From Candidatus Ozemobacteraceae bacterium (GTDB lineage: Bacteria > Muiribacteriota > Ozemobacteria > Ozemobacterales > Ozemobacteraceae): DNA of 64,000 nucleotides. A program made the position numbers and the translations under genes. The DNA lies in the NCBI GenBank assembly GCA_965140445.1, contig OZ223236.1, positions 1,888,001 to 1,952,000 of the forward strand, written 5' to 3'. Shown piece by piece: positions 30,256-40,792 of the stretch (position 1 is its first letter; the number at the start of each line of letters is the position of its first letter). A model generated the notes under the pieces. The model did no database searches, was not told the origin of the DNA, and worked only from the letters and a program-made list of their open reading frames with translations.

Positions 30256-30933
30256 TCAGTGAGAATCTTCCAAAGCATTTGAAAGATAAACACCAGATAA
30301 AATTGTAAATACAAGAGCCTGTAGCAGACTCGTGAAGATTGCCATTAATAGCATTGGAATTGGTACAAGTAAAGGAAAAACATAAATGGTTAAAACTAAA
30401 ATAACTACATCTTCGCCCATTATGTTTCCGAAAAGCCTCAGAGTTAAACTGATCGGTTTGGCAAATTCTCCAATAATATGTATTGGTAACATAATTGGCA
30501 CCATCCACCAAACGGGTCCGGTGAAGTGTTTTATATAGCCAAAACCATGGGTTTTTATCCCCATAAAAAGTGTGAGAAAGAAAATTATTAAACTTAAACC
30601 CAAACAATTAGAAAATAGGCCCGTGGGGGACTTTAAACCTGGAATAATTCCCATTAAATTTGAAAGAAAAATATAGATAAAAATTGTTGATAAGACTGGA
30701 GTCAAACGAGCCAGATATTTTTCTCCAACTATGGTTTGTATAAAATCCAATAAGCCCTTGTGAATTTCTTCAAGAAGAACCTGAGGAGCACTTGGTTTCT
30801 TGGCAGACAGATTTCTAGTAATAACCCAGCAGGTAAAAGCTACAAATATAGTAACCAACCAGGGAAGAATAACACCTGGTGACACTGGTATAAAACTGAA
30901 GATATATAAGAACGGCTTTTCAAGAGCATGCAT
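30256..30933 (-). CDS. atpB: ATP synthase F0 subunit a
   Basis: KPISLTLRLFGNI, LQALVFTIL. Confidence 0.97.
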   Translation of the reverse strand: MHALEKPFLYIFSFIPVSPGVILPWLVTIFVAFTCWVITRNLSAKKPSAPQVLLEEIHKGLLDFIQTIVGEKYLARLTPVLSTIFIYIFLSNLMGIIPGLKSPTGLFSNCLGLSLIIFFLTLFMGIKTHGFGYIKHFTGPVWWMVPIMLPIHIIGEFAKPISLTLRLFGNIMGEDVVILVLTIYVFPLLVPIPMLLMAIFTSLLQALVFTILSGVYLSNALEDSH

Positions 30934-31348
30934 TTTCTGATTCTATTTCTCCATCATTTGTTTCATCGGCCTTATTATTTCTGATAATTGATAAGACTAT
31001 GCCAAAAATCATGACAAGCTGACATAAGAATATACCTAATACGATTGGAATAACAGAAAAACCTATTTTGCAAAGTAAATAAGTTATGGAAAAAATGCCA
31101 AGTAACTTCAAGTTTGAAACAAAAATTGCGAGAGCTATAATCCATTTTGATAGCTTTTCAATTCTAAGCATGAATTCAGCAAGAAAAAAGAAGCTAACTG
31201 CCCCCATGGCATATCCAAAAAGTGCCTCAAAAGCCAGGATCTTTTTAAAATAGTAAATTAAAAACAATACGAGGGAAAATAAAACGCCTGAAATCAAAAT
31301 TAATCTTTCACAGGTCCTTACCTTTCTTTGAGTGCTGCTCTTTATCAT
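30920..31348 (-). CDS. atpI: ATP synthase protein I (membrane)
   Basis: Four hydrophobic segments, immediately upstream of atpB; start uncertain (31348 or 31354). Confidence 0.7.
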   Translation of the reverse strand: MIKSSTQRKVRTCERLILISGVLFSLVLFLIYYFKKILAFEALFGYAMGAVSFFFLAEFMLRIEKLSKWIIALAIFVSNLKLLGIFSITYLLCKIGFSVIPIVLGIFLCQLVMIFGIVLSIIRNNKADETNDGEIESENACS

Positions 31349-31571
31349 ATTCAAAACGCCTCAGGCTTTTGCTAATCTCAACCCATAGCAGTCTTCCAGC
31401 GGCAAGAATTCCAAAGATTATTCCTGCAAAAACCCCATATGGATGAGAGCCAAAATATTTATCTAAGGATACCCCAAAAAATATTCCGATGGCAACGCAA
31501 ACTCCACAACTTATTCCAAGAGTTGCCATTCCTCCAAGACTTGCAAGGGCTTTTCTGATTTCTCCTGGCAT
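31308..31571 (-). CDS. atpZ: AtpZ/AtpI (ATPase gene 1) family protein
   Basis: GIFFGVSLDKYFGSHP..GIIFGILAA motif. Confidence 0.85.
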   Translation of the reverse strand: MPGEIRKALASLGGMATLGISCGVCVAIGIFFGVSLDKYFGSHPYGVFAGIIFGILAAGRLLWVEISKSLRRFEYDKEQHSKKGKDL

Positions 31572-31576
31572 TAAAG

Positions 31577-33565
31577 TTAAATCATTAAAGTGGGCTTTTG
31601 CCCTTTAATGTCTTCAATATAACACCTTAGCAACTCAGCTACACTCCATGCTTGAGCAAAACAGCCACGTGGAGTATGTGGTTGATTCCCATCGAAAATC
31701 TCTGAAATGTTTCCGATGCATCCATCGCGAGTCAGGTGGTTTCTAAATGGCTCGATCATATGCGAAGCCCGCAATTGGGCTTCCATGGAAAAATCGTTAA
31801 CCTTCAAAAAAGAGCTGATGAATGGTCCAATTAAAAATCCCCAGACTGTTCCCTGATGATATGCCCCATCCCTTTTATATCTGTCCCCGCCATAGAAACC
31901 TTCATATCTCTCATCTTCTGGTGCAAGGCTTCTGAGACCGTATGAGGTGTATAATTTTTGGAAAACCTGATCAACAATTTCCTTCTCAATGCTGTGGTCC
32001 AGTATTGAGAAAGGCAGATACACGGCAAAAATCTGGTTAGGCCTGAAAGAGTCGTCTGGAGTTCCATCGGCTTTAATGTAATCATAAAGACAGGACTTGG
32101 ATTCATTATAAAAAGTTTTCTTAAATGATTGCTTAACTTTCTTAGCTAATGCCGTGATTTCCCGTGAATGGCCGTCAAATTTTTCCTGCAAAATAGCAAA
32201 AACTCTTAAAGCGCTATACCAGAGAGCATTAATCTCAACCGCTTTTCCATTGCGAGGTGTGACAACCCAATTATCTACCCTTGCGTCCATCCATGTTAGC
32301 TGAACATCTTCGGTTCCAGCATTTATCAAACCATCTTCCGGGTCCATTTGAATTTGGTAACTGGTTCCAGCTTGAAAAGCTTCAATTATTGAGCTCATTG
32401 GCTCATATAGATGTTCTTTCACGAATGAGTAGTCGTCGGTATATTCTATATATTTATAGGCGGCAAAAAAGAACCATAAAGCGGCGTCAACGCTATTGTA
32501 AACTGCGCTGGTTCCTTTATCTGCAAAGCAATTTGGAACAAGGCCATTATTTATAGATTTTGCAAATGTTTTTAATATCGATTTTGTGTCTTCAATCCGA
32601 TTGGTGACCAAAGTGAGCCCAGGAAGAGAAATCAGGCTATCTCTTCCCCAGTCAGAAAACCATGGATATCCTGCGATTATAGTTTTTCCGTTGGTACTGG
32701 CCCTTTCAACTACAAATTGATCTGCAGCAACCAGCAGCTCTTTGAGGAAGGTGTCCTCGGAATTCATCGATCCTGCAATATTTGCGAGCCTTGTTTCCTC
32801 TTTTTTTCTTAGGTCAATCGGATTAAAGGAGGCAATTGGCTGGTCGCTAAATGCTATAGACATGGAACCATTTAGAGGTGAAACCTCAATGTAGCCACAG
32901 GAAAAATCATCTTCGGTGTCTTCTAGTCCGCGGTCTTCTTCGATTTGTAAAAAAATGTCAGAATTCCACTCAGGCGACTTAACAAAAGTCCCGCAATCCC
33001 ATCTTGAGTAGAGGGTTGGTGCGTTGCTAAATGGTTGAACTTTAAAAGTTTTGTCCTCAAACTCTACATTGTCGTCTATTCCAGGATTTTTAAACATGTT
33101 TCCATGAAAATCTCTAAAAAGAAAATGAGGGCGAACCTTTAACGAGACATTTCTTCCATTTGCCAGGATTTTATAGGTTACAAGAGTCGTGTTTTGTCCA
33201 TAAACCATATTCATGGTTTTTATTAAAAGAACATCTTTAACCTGATAATACCAGGTTGGAATTGGCTCGCGATCAAATCTTTCCAGGTGTAGATAACCAG
33301 CTGGATTTTTTAATTCATCTTTTTTTACCAGGGTAGATACATTTATTTCTTTTCCATCTATTACCAGAATTTCTTCAAGCCTGGAAACCATTACTATGCG
33401 CTCAACTGGTGGTCTTATCGATGCAACAAGAACTCCGTGGTATCTTCTTGTGTTTATGCAGGGGACTGTTGAAGAAGCAAACCCACCAATTCCATTTGTG
33501 ATAAGCCATTCTTGCCGGGTTGCTCTAGACAGATTGCCTTGAATTTCTCGTCCTATGGAACTCAT
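31577..33565 (-). CDS. Glycogen debranching enzyme (amylo-alpha-1,6-glucosidase, archaeal-type GDE)
   Basis: EWLITNGIGGFAS, TRRYHG, AGYPWFSDWGRD, QLTWMDA, PRNGKAVEINALW, YHQGTVW, QAWSVAE. Confidence 0.93.
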   Translation of the reverse strand: MSSIGREIQGNLSRATRQEWLITNGIGGFASSTVPCINTRRYHGVLVASIRPPVERIVMVSRLEEILVIDGKEINVSTLVKKDELKNPAGYLHLERFDREPIPTWYYQVKDVLLIKTMNMVYGQNTTLVTYKILANGRNVSLKVRPHFLFRDFHGNMFKNPGIDDNVEFEDKTFKVQPFSNAPTLYSRWDCGTFVKSPEWNSDIFLQIEEDRGLEDTEDDFSCGYIEVSPLNGSMSIAFSDQPIASFNPIDLRKKEETRLANIAGSMNSEDTFLKELLVAADQFVVERASTNGKTIIAGYPWFSDWGRDSLISLPGLTLVTNRIEDTKSILKTFAKSINNGLVPNCFADKGTSAVYNSVDAALWFFFAAYKYIEYTDDYSFVKEHLYEPMSSIIEAFQAGTSYQIQMDPEDGLINAGTEDVQLTWMDARVDNWVVTPRNGKAVEINALWYSALRVFAILQEKFDGHSREITALAKKVKQSFKKTFYNESKSCLYDYIKADGTPDDSFRPNQIFAVYLPFSILDHSIEKEIVDQVFQKLYTSYGLRSLAPEDERYEGFYGGDRYKRDGAYHQGTVWGFLIGPFISSFLKVNDFSMEAQLRASHMIEPFRNHLTRDGCIGNISEIFDGNQPHTPRGCFAQAWSVAELLRCYIEDIKGQKPTLMI

Positions 33566-33713
33566 GAATATTCCTCCTGCAAATTGGTGTATTTTGTTGC
33601 TGTAAACCGAGTCTAACTTAAACAGCCTAAAAGAGTAAATATCTCTTTTATCCTTTGTTCGTAGGAAGACAAAATATATTGTATACTATCCAAAAATATC
33701 CGGGAGATTTTTA

Positions 33714-36425
33714 ATGTCTGATTGTCTGTTAATTGATGGAAACAATATCGTATTTCGAGCCTATTATGCCTTTTCCAGTCAAAGGTTAAAAACCAGCTAT
33801 GGACTTCCTACTGGCGCAGTATATGGTTTCCTTAGAATGATTTTGAAATTGCTGAAAGAAAGACAGCCTAAAATGGTTGCCGTTGCTTTTGATACATCCA
33901 GAGACACATTCAGAAAAAAAATGTATCCCGAATATAAAGCCAAGAGAAAGCCAACACCAGAAGATTTATTAGAGCAACTTCCACTTGCGCAAAAAGCAAT
34001 AGAAGCGCTTGGAATACAGGTTTTAAAAAATCCCGAATTTGAAGCTGACGATTTAATAGGATCTTTGGCAAAGCAGCTTGAGAATGATTATAAGGTGTCT
34101 GTTGTAACTGGAGATAGAGACCTGTTACAGCTGATTGACGACCGTATTAATGTTGAACTTTGTCAAAAAGGGACAAGTGATACAAAAGAAATTGATACCG
34201 CGGCTTTTGTTGAAGAATACGGTTTTGAGCCAATGGGTATTATTGAATTAAAAGCGCTAATGGGCGATTCTTCAGATAATATTCCTGGGGTTAAGGGGAT
34301 TGGTGAGAAAAAGGGAATGGCATTGATCCAGGAGTTCAATACCATTGACGACTTATATAAAAACATTGAGAAAGTTTCGAATGATAAAATGCGTGAAAAG
34401 CTAATTGCAGACAAGGAAATGGCTTTTCTCTCCCATGATTTGGCGACTATCAGATGTAATATTCCTGATTTGCCATCAATAGACTTGCTGAGGTGGGATG
34501 AAAATCAGCTGGAAAAGTCCGATTTTACAAGCTTTCTACAGAAGCTTGAATTCGGCTCTCTATATAAAGAATTTGCGGGAAAAGAACTTGGAAAACCGGG
34601 AGAATTATTTCCTTCTACTGAGCTTAAAAAGCTTCCCGGAGAAAGGCTTCTAATTAACGACGTAGCCGAGTTAAAGCGATTTTTTGAGGAATTAAATGAT
34701 GAAATTTGTGTTGATGTAGAAACCAACGGTTTAGATCCATTTAAGGATAGGATTATCGGAGTTTCTGTTGCCGGATCGACAAGCAAAGCCATTTATGTTC
34801 CTTTAAGGCATTCATATCTTGGGATGGAACCGGGCGATCAGATGGCAGCAGAAGAGTTTTTCCCGCTTTTAACAGAAGCTATGAAAGGGAGAAGACTGAT
34901 TGGCCATAATTTGAAATTTGATATTTCCTTTCTTGATCAAGAAGGAGTTTCAATTCCACCAAAAATGTTTGACACTATGCTTGCAGCGTATGTCATTGAT
35001 CCTACACGCTCAAACGCATTAAAGAAACTTGGAAAAGAAATGCTTGGCTTCGAAGTTACTGAATATGGAGACGTAGCGGGTAATGAAACATTTGAAAATG
35101 TTTCTTTGGCTGATGCTACTGAATATGGGTGCCAGGATACTCTTTTAACCATGCATCTATTTTCAGAATTAAAGTCAGAGCTTGAAAAGGAAAGATTGGC
35201 AAAGTTATTTGAAAACCTCGAAATGCCCCTGGTTGGAATTCTTGCTCAAATGGAAAAAACTGGTATACGCCTAAATGAAAGCTATATCAAAAACCTGTCC
35301 CGGGAAATTGCAGACAGATTAGTTGAATTGGAAAAGATCATTCATGACCATGCTGGGCATACCTTCAATATTAGCTCAACCAAGCAGCTTCAGCAGGTGC
35401 TATTTGAAGAGCTGGGTTTAACTCCACCAAAGAAAACTAAAACTGGCTACTCTACAGATAGCGAAGTTTTGACCAAACTCGCTTTTGTTCATCCAATCTG
35501 CGAGGCTTTACTTGAGTTTAGAGAGCTTGCAAAACTTCAATCAACCTATACAGAGTCCCTTTTAAAATTGGTTCACGGCAAAACTGGTTTAATTCATACT
35601 AGTTTTAATCAGGCTGTTACAGCTACCGGAAGGCTTTCAAGCTCTAATCCAAATATGCAGAATATTCCCATTAAAACAGAGTGGGGGAGAAAAATTCGTC
35701 GGGCTTTCCTGCCGCCAAGAGAGGGCGATTCACTTATTTCAATAGATTATTCTCAAATTGAATTGCGCCTGCTGGCACATTTTTCTGAGGATCCTGCCTT
35801 GTTAAAGGGATACCATGAAAACATTGATATTCACGCTATTACAGCCGGAAGACTTTTCGGTAAAGAACCCGAAGAAGTTACTTCTGACGAAAGAAGAGTT
35901 GGTAAAACCGTTAACTTTGGTATTATTTACGGAATCTCAGCTCATGGATTAGCTGAGGATCTAGGTATCAGTAGACCCCAGGCTCAAACCTACATAGATA
36001 GTTTTTATAATAATTTCACTGGAGTTACAAAATTCTTTGATTCAGTTGTTGAAGAGGCTAGAGAAGCTGGATACGTTGAAACATTGCTTGATAGAGTCAG
36101 AAAGCTTCCAGACATTAACTCCAAAAAGTTTCAGGCCAGAAGTGGTGCGGAAAGAGTTGCAAAAAATACCAGACTCCAGGGTTCTGCAGCAGATCTTGTG
36201 AAAAAATCAATGATTGATTCTGTGAAAATGCTTTGTGAAAAGGGGTTTCAAACTCAATTAATTCTTCAAATTCATGATGAATTAGTTTTCTCTGTTCCGC
36301 AAGAAGAGCTGGAAAAGGTTTGCGACTTGCTGAAAAATACTATGGAGCAGACAATTTCTTTAAAAGTTCCTCTAATCTGTGATGTTGCAGTAGGAGACAA
36401 TCTTGCAGATTTGAAAGACATTTAA
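33714..36425 (+). CDS. polA: DNA polymerase I
   Basis: 5'-3' exonuclease (IDGN, EADD, GDSSDNIPG), 3'-5' exonuclease (DVET, HNLKFD), polymerase motifs DYSQIELR, KTVNFGIIYG, QIHDEL. Confidence 0.99.
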   Translation: MSDCLLIDGNNIVFRAYYAFSSQRLKTSYGLPTGAVYGFLRMILKLLKERQPKMVAVAFDTSRDTFRKKMYPEYKAKRKPTPEDLLEQLPLAQKAIEALGIQVLKNPEFEADDLIGSLAKQLENDYKVSVVTGDRDLLQLIDDRINVELCQKGTSDTKEIDTAAFVEEYGFEPMGIIELKALMGDSSDNIPGVKGIGEKKGMALIQEFNTIDDLYKNIEKVSNDKMREKLIADKEMAFLSHDLATIRCNIPDLPSIDLLRWDENQLEKSDFTSFLQKLEFGSLYKEFAGKELGKPGELFPSTELKKLPGERLLINDVAELKRFFEELNDEICVDVETNGLDPFKDRIIGVSVAGSTSKAIYVPLRHSYLGMEPGDQMAAEEFFPLLTEAMKGRRLIGHNLKFDISFLDQEGVSIPPKMFDTMLAAYVIDPTRSNALKKLGKEMLGFEVTEYGDVAGNETFENVSLADATEYGCQDTLLTMHLFSELKSELEKERLAKLFENLEMPLVGILAQMEKTGIRLNESYIKNLSREIADRLVELEKIIHDHAGHTFNISSTKQLQQVLFEELGLTPPKKTKTGYSTDSEVLTKLAFVHPICEALLEFRELAKLQSTYTESLLKLVHGKTGLIHTSFNQAVTATGRLSSSNPNMQNIPIKTEWGRKIRRAFLPPREGDSLISIDYSQIELRLLAHFSEDPALLKGYHENIDIHAITAGRLFGKEPEEVTSDERRVGKTVNFGIIYGISAHGLAEDLGISRPQAQTYIDSFYNNFTGVTKFFDSVVEEAREAGYVETLLDRVRKLPDINSKKFQARSGAERVAKNTRLQGSAADLVKKSMIDSVKMLCEKGFQTQLILQIHDELVFSVPQEELEKVCDLLKNTMEQTISLKVPLICDVAVGDNLADLKDI

Positions 36426-36427
36426 TT

Positions 36428-37252
36428 ATGACAAAACCTCCACTCTTATTAATTCCCGGTATTTGCAATCGAAAAGCACTTTTTTACCTTCCTGAGGGTA
36501 ATGCGCTTGCCGATTATTTGAGTCAATATTTCGAGTTGTATCCAATTGAATTTCCGTTGCGCGAAAATATTGGAAAGCATTGGGATTTTGATTTTCATTT
36601 GAAAGAAGAGCTGCCCGGAATTTGGGAAGAAGTTTGCAAAAAAGCTGGGCAAACTCCATATGTGCTTGGTTACAGCATGGGTGGGATGGTGGCAATGACA
36701 GCTCAGGCTCTTGGCATAATAGACTCTCCTGGTCTGGTTGCGGTTGCTTCTCCTTTTAAATTCCTGAACATCCCACTCTATCCAACCCTCATTCGCTATT
36801 ATCTGAAATTTGCAGGTAGCATTGGTTTTAATGTAGTTCCTGTAAGTGTTGCTGGAAGAATTCTCAGCTCGCTTTTCAATCTGACCAAAGATCCCGCAAG
36901 ACAAAGGCAGATTGCAATCTTTCGACTTTATGTCACCAGGGCTTCAAGAACAGTGCCGGTTGAAACCTTTATGCAGGTTATGCAGTGGATCAGATACGGA
37001 GATCTGCGGGACCGAACCGGGCGAACTTGCTATGTTAATGAACTGAAAAAGATTGACTCACCCACTTTCTTTATATGCGGAAGGAAAGATCTTGTTGCAC
37101 TGCCGTCGGCGGTTAGGGCAGGGTATGATGCATCAGGAGCACAAAAAAAGCGCTTCATGATTATCGAAAATGGAAACCACATGAATCTTGCATATGGAAG
37201 TAAGGCAAAATTTATTTCAGGTGAAATTGCAAATTGGTTAATAGAAAAGTAA
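36428..37252 (+). CDS. Alpha/beta hydrolase
   Basis: GYSMGG nucleophile elbow, GRKDLV, NHMNL. Confidence 0.85.
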   Translation: MTKPPLLLIPGICNRKALFYLPEGNALADYLSQYFELYPIEFPLRENIGKHWDFDFHLKEELPGIWEEVCKKAGQTPYVLGYSMGGMVAMTAQALGIIDSPGLVAVASPFKFLNIPLYPTLIRYYLKFAGSIGFNVVPVSVAGRILSSLFNLTKDPARQRQIAIFRLYVTRASRTVPVETFMQVMQWIRYGDLRDRTGRTCYVNELKKIDSPTFFICGRKDLVALPSAVRAGYDASGAQKKRFMIIENGNHMNLAYGSKAKFISGEIANWLIEK

Positions 37253-37258
37253 CGGGGA

Positions 37259-38188
37259 TTATCTGGTTTTAAAAAGGTTGTTAACTTCTTTTTTATCTGA
37301 TTCAATCTGTGAAACAAGAGAAGCCATATCGGGAAATTTTCTTTCGTCTCGAATTCTGTGAAAAAACCTGACTCTAATTGTTCGATGATAAAGATCACCG
37401 TTAAATCCTAATAAATGTGCTTCGAGGATAAGATCTTCTTTTTCAAAAGTCGGCCTGGTTCCTATATTTACTATTGCTGGAAAGCTGCCGTCTGGAGTGT
37501 CTGCATAGCAAGCATAAACACCATTTGGTGGAAGGATTTTCTGACTTTTTTCAAGCACAAGATTCGCGGTTGGAAATCCCATCTTTCTTCCACGGTGGTC
37601 TCCATGAACCACTTCTCCTGAAAAGCAGGATTCACGGCCAAGAAATCGGTTTGAAATATCAAAGTTCCCTTTTGTTACTGCTTGTCTAATAAATGAGCTG
37701 CTAACAACAACATTATCCAGTTTAACTGGGGGAAGAATGCTGCATTCCCGACCTGACGCTTCAAGTTCCGCTTTTAAAAACTCGGCATTTCCAGATTTGT
37801 TAACCCCAAACCCAAAATTAAAACCAACCAAAGTTATTTCCGCATTAAGCTTGTCGATAATAATATCTTTAATGAAATCATGATGGCCCATTTGCGAAAA
37901 TGTTTCATCAAAGGGTCTGAAAACAACATAATCCACGCCCGTTGACATGAGAATGCTGAATTTTTCTTCAGGTGTTGTTAAATAACCGGGAAACGTTTCT
38001 GCAAAAAGAAATTTTCGTGGAGAATGATCAAAAGTTAGGATTACTGAAGGAAGACCCTTGGCTTTAGCTACTTTCTTTAACTCTTCAATGAGTTTTTGGT
38101 GACCTATGTGAACTCCGTCAAATGTTCCTATTCCCAAGGCACATTTATCAAAGCAAAGGTCGCCTGAAAGTAGATTTAAAAGCTTCAT
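37259..38188 (-). CDS. ribF: Bifunctional riboflavin kinase/FAD synthetase
   Basis: GTFDGVHIGH, SSSFIR, GFPTAN, NIGTRPT, EAH, RDERKF. Confidence 0.98.
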   Translation of the reverse strand: MKLLNLLSGDLCFDKCALGIGTFDGVHIGHQKLIEELKKVAKAKGLPSVILTFDHSPRKFLFAETFPGYLTTPEEKFSILMSTGVDYVVFRPFDETFSQMGHHDFIKDIIIDKLNAEITLVGFNFGFGVNKSGNAEFLKAELEASGRECSILPPVKLDNVVVSSSFIRQAVTKGNFDISNRFLGRESCFSGEVVHGDHRGRKMGFPTANLVLEKSQKILPPNGVYACYADTPDGSFPAIVNIGTRPTFEKEDLILEAHLLGFNGDLYHRTIRVRFFHRIRDERKFPDMASLVSQIESDKKEVNNLFKTR

Positions 38189-39142
38189 TCAGTTAAATAC
38201 CCTCACCGGAAACAGTTTTTGAGAAGTTTTACCGTCTTTTTCTACCTGTTTTGGAGCATAAAGCCCAAGAAGGTTGCCTGTAGAGGAAACTATCTGAACA
38301 ATTTCTGCAGCTTCGCCATCGTAAGAATGAGCTTCAATGCTGACAATATCCCTTTGGCTGATTGCGCTACCATTTTTAATTCTACTTTCAGTTTCTGCTG
38401 TAACTGTAGCTTTTGGCGCAGAAAGTATGTCTGTAAAATGAACAAAAGATGGAGTGTTCTCAAAAGGTATTTTTTGTTCGACTTTCCACATTGGAAAGGC
38501 ATCTGTGTAAGACCATTTTCCAACTCTTTCACGTAGAAGGTAAGAAAGATGTCCACCGCATCCCAGGTTTTTTCCAAGATCATGTGCTACCGATCGCACA
38601 TAAGTTCCCCGGGAACAATGGATGCGCATAAGCAATTGACGCTGGGCTTTAAGTTGGAAGTCTGAGACCATTCGGATTGAGGTAACATGTACCTTTCTAC
38701 TATTAAGCTTAACTTCTTCGCCAGCTCTTGCCATGGCATAAGCACGCTTGCCGGCCACTTTTATTGCGGAAAATGATGGGGGAGTCTGATCGTATTTTCC
38801 TACAAAATTTCTTAACTCTGTTAAAACTGATTCTGTAGTGAAATCAATAGGGCCTTCATGTTGATAATCAACTTCTCCGGTTGCGTCATAGGAGTCAGTT
38901 GACTGTCCCAAAGTTACTCTCATTAAATAAGTCTTATCAAGGTGTTCAGGTGGGATAAAGCTTAGCAGCTTTAGAGCTTTGCCCATGAAAACAAGCAAGA
39001 CTCCCTGGGCCATCGGGTCTAACGTTCCCGCATGTCCGCATTTTACCTTATATGTTCTTCGAACTTTATCAATAATGTCGTGTGACGAGCAGCCTTTCGG
39101 CTTATAAATTACAAGACAACCATCAGGCATTGCAGGCCTCAT
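38189..39142 (-). CDS. truB: tRNA pseudouridine(55) synthase
   Basis: GHAGTLDPMA, SAIKVAGKRAY, CSRGTYVRS. Confidence 0.98.
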   Translation of the reverse strand: MRPAMPDGCLVIYKPKGCSSHDIIDKVRRTYKVKCGHAGTLDPMAQGVLLVFMGKALKLLSFIPPEHLDKTYLMRVTLGQSTDSYDATGEVDYQHEGPIDFTTESVLTELRNFVGKYDQTPPSFSAIKVAGKRAYAMARAGEEVKLNSRKVHVTSIRMVSDFQLKAQRQLLMRIHCSRGTYVRSVAHDLGKNLGCGGHLSYLLRERVGKWSYTDAFPMWKVEQKIPFENTPSFVHFTDILSAPKATVTAETESRIKNGSAISQRDIVSIEAHSYDGEAAEIVQIVSSTGNLLGLYAPKQVEKDGKTSQKLFPVRVFN

Positions 39143-40133
39143 TTCCTGGAATCTTTGCTTTTACAACTTTTAAAACTTTTTCCATTGCTTCATGAAGAGG
39201 TCCGCTGACCTGTGCTCCAGCTGCGAGTCTATGCCCACCGCCACCAAAGACCTGGCTTATTTCGCGGACATCAACTATGCCAGTTGAACGGAAGCTGATT
39301 TTGATGTTTCCATCATCCATTTCTTTAAAAAGAAGTGCGGCTTCAATGCCTTTAATACTGCTAATATTTCTTATGCAACCATCCCCATCGACTTCCTGAG
39401 CTCCAATTCGGACAAAATCATCCAAAGCAAGCCAACTTGAAACCAGTTTATTGTCACAAAAAGCCTGGGTGCGAGACATGGCAATTCCATGCATTACTAC
39501 TCTGTGGTAGTTAGTGTTTTCATAGACAAGTTTGTAAATTTCATCAACCTTTAGATCATCTTGAATTATTTTTGCGATAATTTCATGACATCTTGGAGTT
39601 GAATTATTGTAACGGAAATTGCCGGTGTCGGTCATTATTCCAACATACAACGCCTGACGACACTCAAGACTAAGTGGAGCGCCCATTTTTTCTAAAACGT
39701 TATATAGAATTTCGCAGGTTGAAGATGCTTTCTCGTCAACAAGATTTATGGTGCCGAGCCCTGTTACTCCTAGATGGTGATCTAAATGAACGGTGGTTTT
39801 TGCATTTTCAAAAAATCTAACCCGGTCACCAAGGCGCTTTGCTTCAGTGGTTTCCATAAGGAAAGCAATGTCATACTTTTCTTTTGAAGGGAGCTCTGGT
39901 AAAACTTCGTCTGATCCTGGAAGCCAGGAAATTTGCTCTGGAAGAGGATCAAAGTTCAGACAAACGCACTCCTTACCAACAGTTTTGCAATAATGATAAA
40001 GAGCCAATTGACTTCCAAGAGCGTCTCCATCTGCATAAGGGTGGGCTATACAAAAAACAGTGTCAGCTTTTTCTAATTCACTGCATATCAATTCGACCTG
40101 TTGGTCGTATTCTTTACTTGGCCAAGTATGCAT
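39123..40133 (-). CDS. nrnA: DHH/DHHA1 phosphoesterase (nanoRNase/pAp phosphatase)
   Basis: DGDALGS, DHH, TDTGNF, SFRS, GGGGHRLAAG; between rbfA and truB. Confidence 0.92.
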   Translation of the reverse strand: MHTWPSKEYDQQVELICSELEKADTVFCIAHPYADGDALGSQLALYHYCKTVGKECVCLNFDPLPEQISWLPGSDEVLPELPSKEKYDIAFLMETTEAKRLGDRVRFFENAKTTVHLDHHLGVTGLGTINLVDEKASSTCEILYNVLEKMGAPLSLECRQALYVGIMTDTGNFRYNNSTPRCHEIIAKIIQDDLKVDEIYKLVYENTNYHRVVMHGIAMSRTQAFCDNKLVSSWLALDDFVRIGAQEVDGDGCIRNISSIKGIEAALLFKEMDDGNIKISFRSTGIVDVREISQVFGGGGHRLAAGAQVSGPLHEAMEKVLKVVKAKIPGNEACNA

Positions 40134-40149
40134 AATAATTTCCTGAATT

Positions 40150-40503
40150 TTATTTGTTATCTAAATTGTTTAACTTATTCAACAAATCGAGCATCCTGTC
40201 GCCTTCTTTGATTGCTGGATCAAAATTAAAAGCTAATTCAGGGACTGTTCTTAATTGAATTACTTTTTTTAACTCTTTTCTCAGGAATGGTTTTGCCGAA
40301 TCCAAACCCTTTTGAACTTCTTCTGGAGTTTTTTCTTTTGAAATTGTGCTGAAATAAACACGAGCAAGATGAAGGTCTGGACTAATATCAACAGATACAA
40401 GATGTACTCCGACGACTCTTGGGTCAGAGACCTTTCTGGCAATGATCAGGGAAAGCTCCTTCAGAATTGTTGAAGCTACTTTTTGTTGTCTTCTTGTAGT
40501 CAT
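40150..40503 (-). CDS. rbfA: Ribosome-binding factor A
   Basis: DPRV, SPDLHLARVY, LRTVPELAF; start at MTTRRQ. Confidence 0.96.
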   Translation of the reverse strand: MTTRRQQKVASTILKELSLIIARKVSDPRVVGVHLVSVDISPDLHLARVYFSTISKEKTPEEVQKGLDSAKPFLRKELKKVIQLRTVPELAFNFDPAIKEGDRMLDLLNKLNNLDNK

Positions 40504-40787
40504 AAATAATCCCAATAATAATCTAAAGCCTGAACTTGATCATGCTCCAGAAGAATTTCTTCAATTTTAAGAGCCATTTTTTGCAACAGAACTTTGTCAT
40601 TCGACACCATTGCTACTCCAATGGTGCCGCGTTGCCAAAGGTCATTCTGTCCAACTTCTGAGATCGAGGCATTAAATTTAGCTTTGACTCTATCTATTAC
40701 ACATTTGACTATCTGCCTTTTCTCCTTGAGGCTATGAACCTCAGGGAAGTGCATTTCGAATGTGCCAATAGCTACAACCATGCCCAT
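40500..40787 (-). CDS. DUF503 (YlxP-like) protein
   Basis: HSLKEKRQIV, FNASISEVGQNDLWQR; between infB and rbfA. Confidence 0.93.
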   Translation of the reverse strand: MGMVVAIGTFEMHFPEVHSLKEKRQIVKCVIDRVKAKFNASISEVGQNDLWQRGTIGVAMVSNDKVLLQKMALKIEEILLEHDQVQALDYYWDYL

Positions 40788-40792
40788 CGATC

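Noticed and set aside
30095..30607. 170-aa alternative-frame ORF across atpB/atpE
   Set aside because: Out-of-frame overlap with two well-supported genes; no recognisable motifs.
33628..33650. Inverted repeat TAAAAGAG-N7-CTCTTTTA in the GDE/polA divergent region
   Set aside because: AT-rich 8-bp arms in AT-rich DNA, single occurrence; cannot be distinguished from chance.
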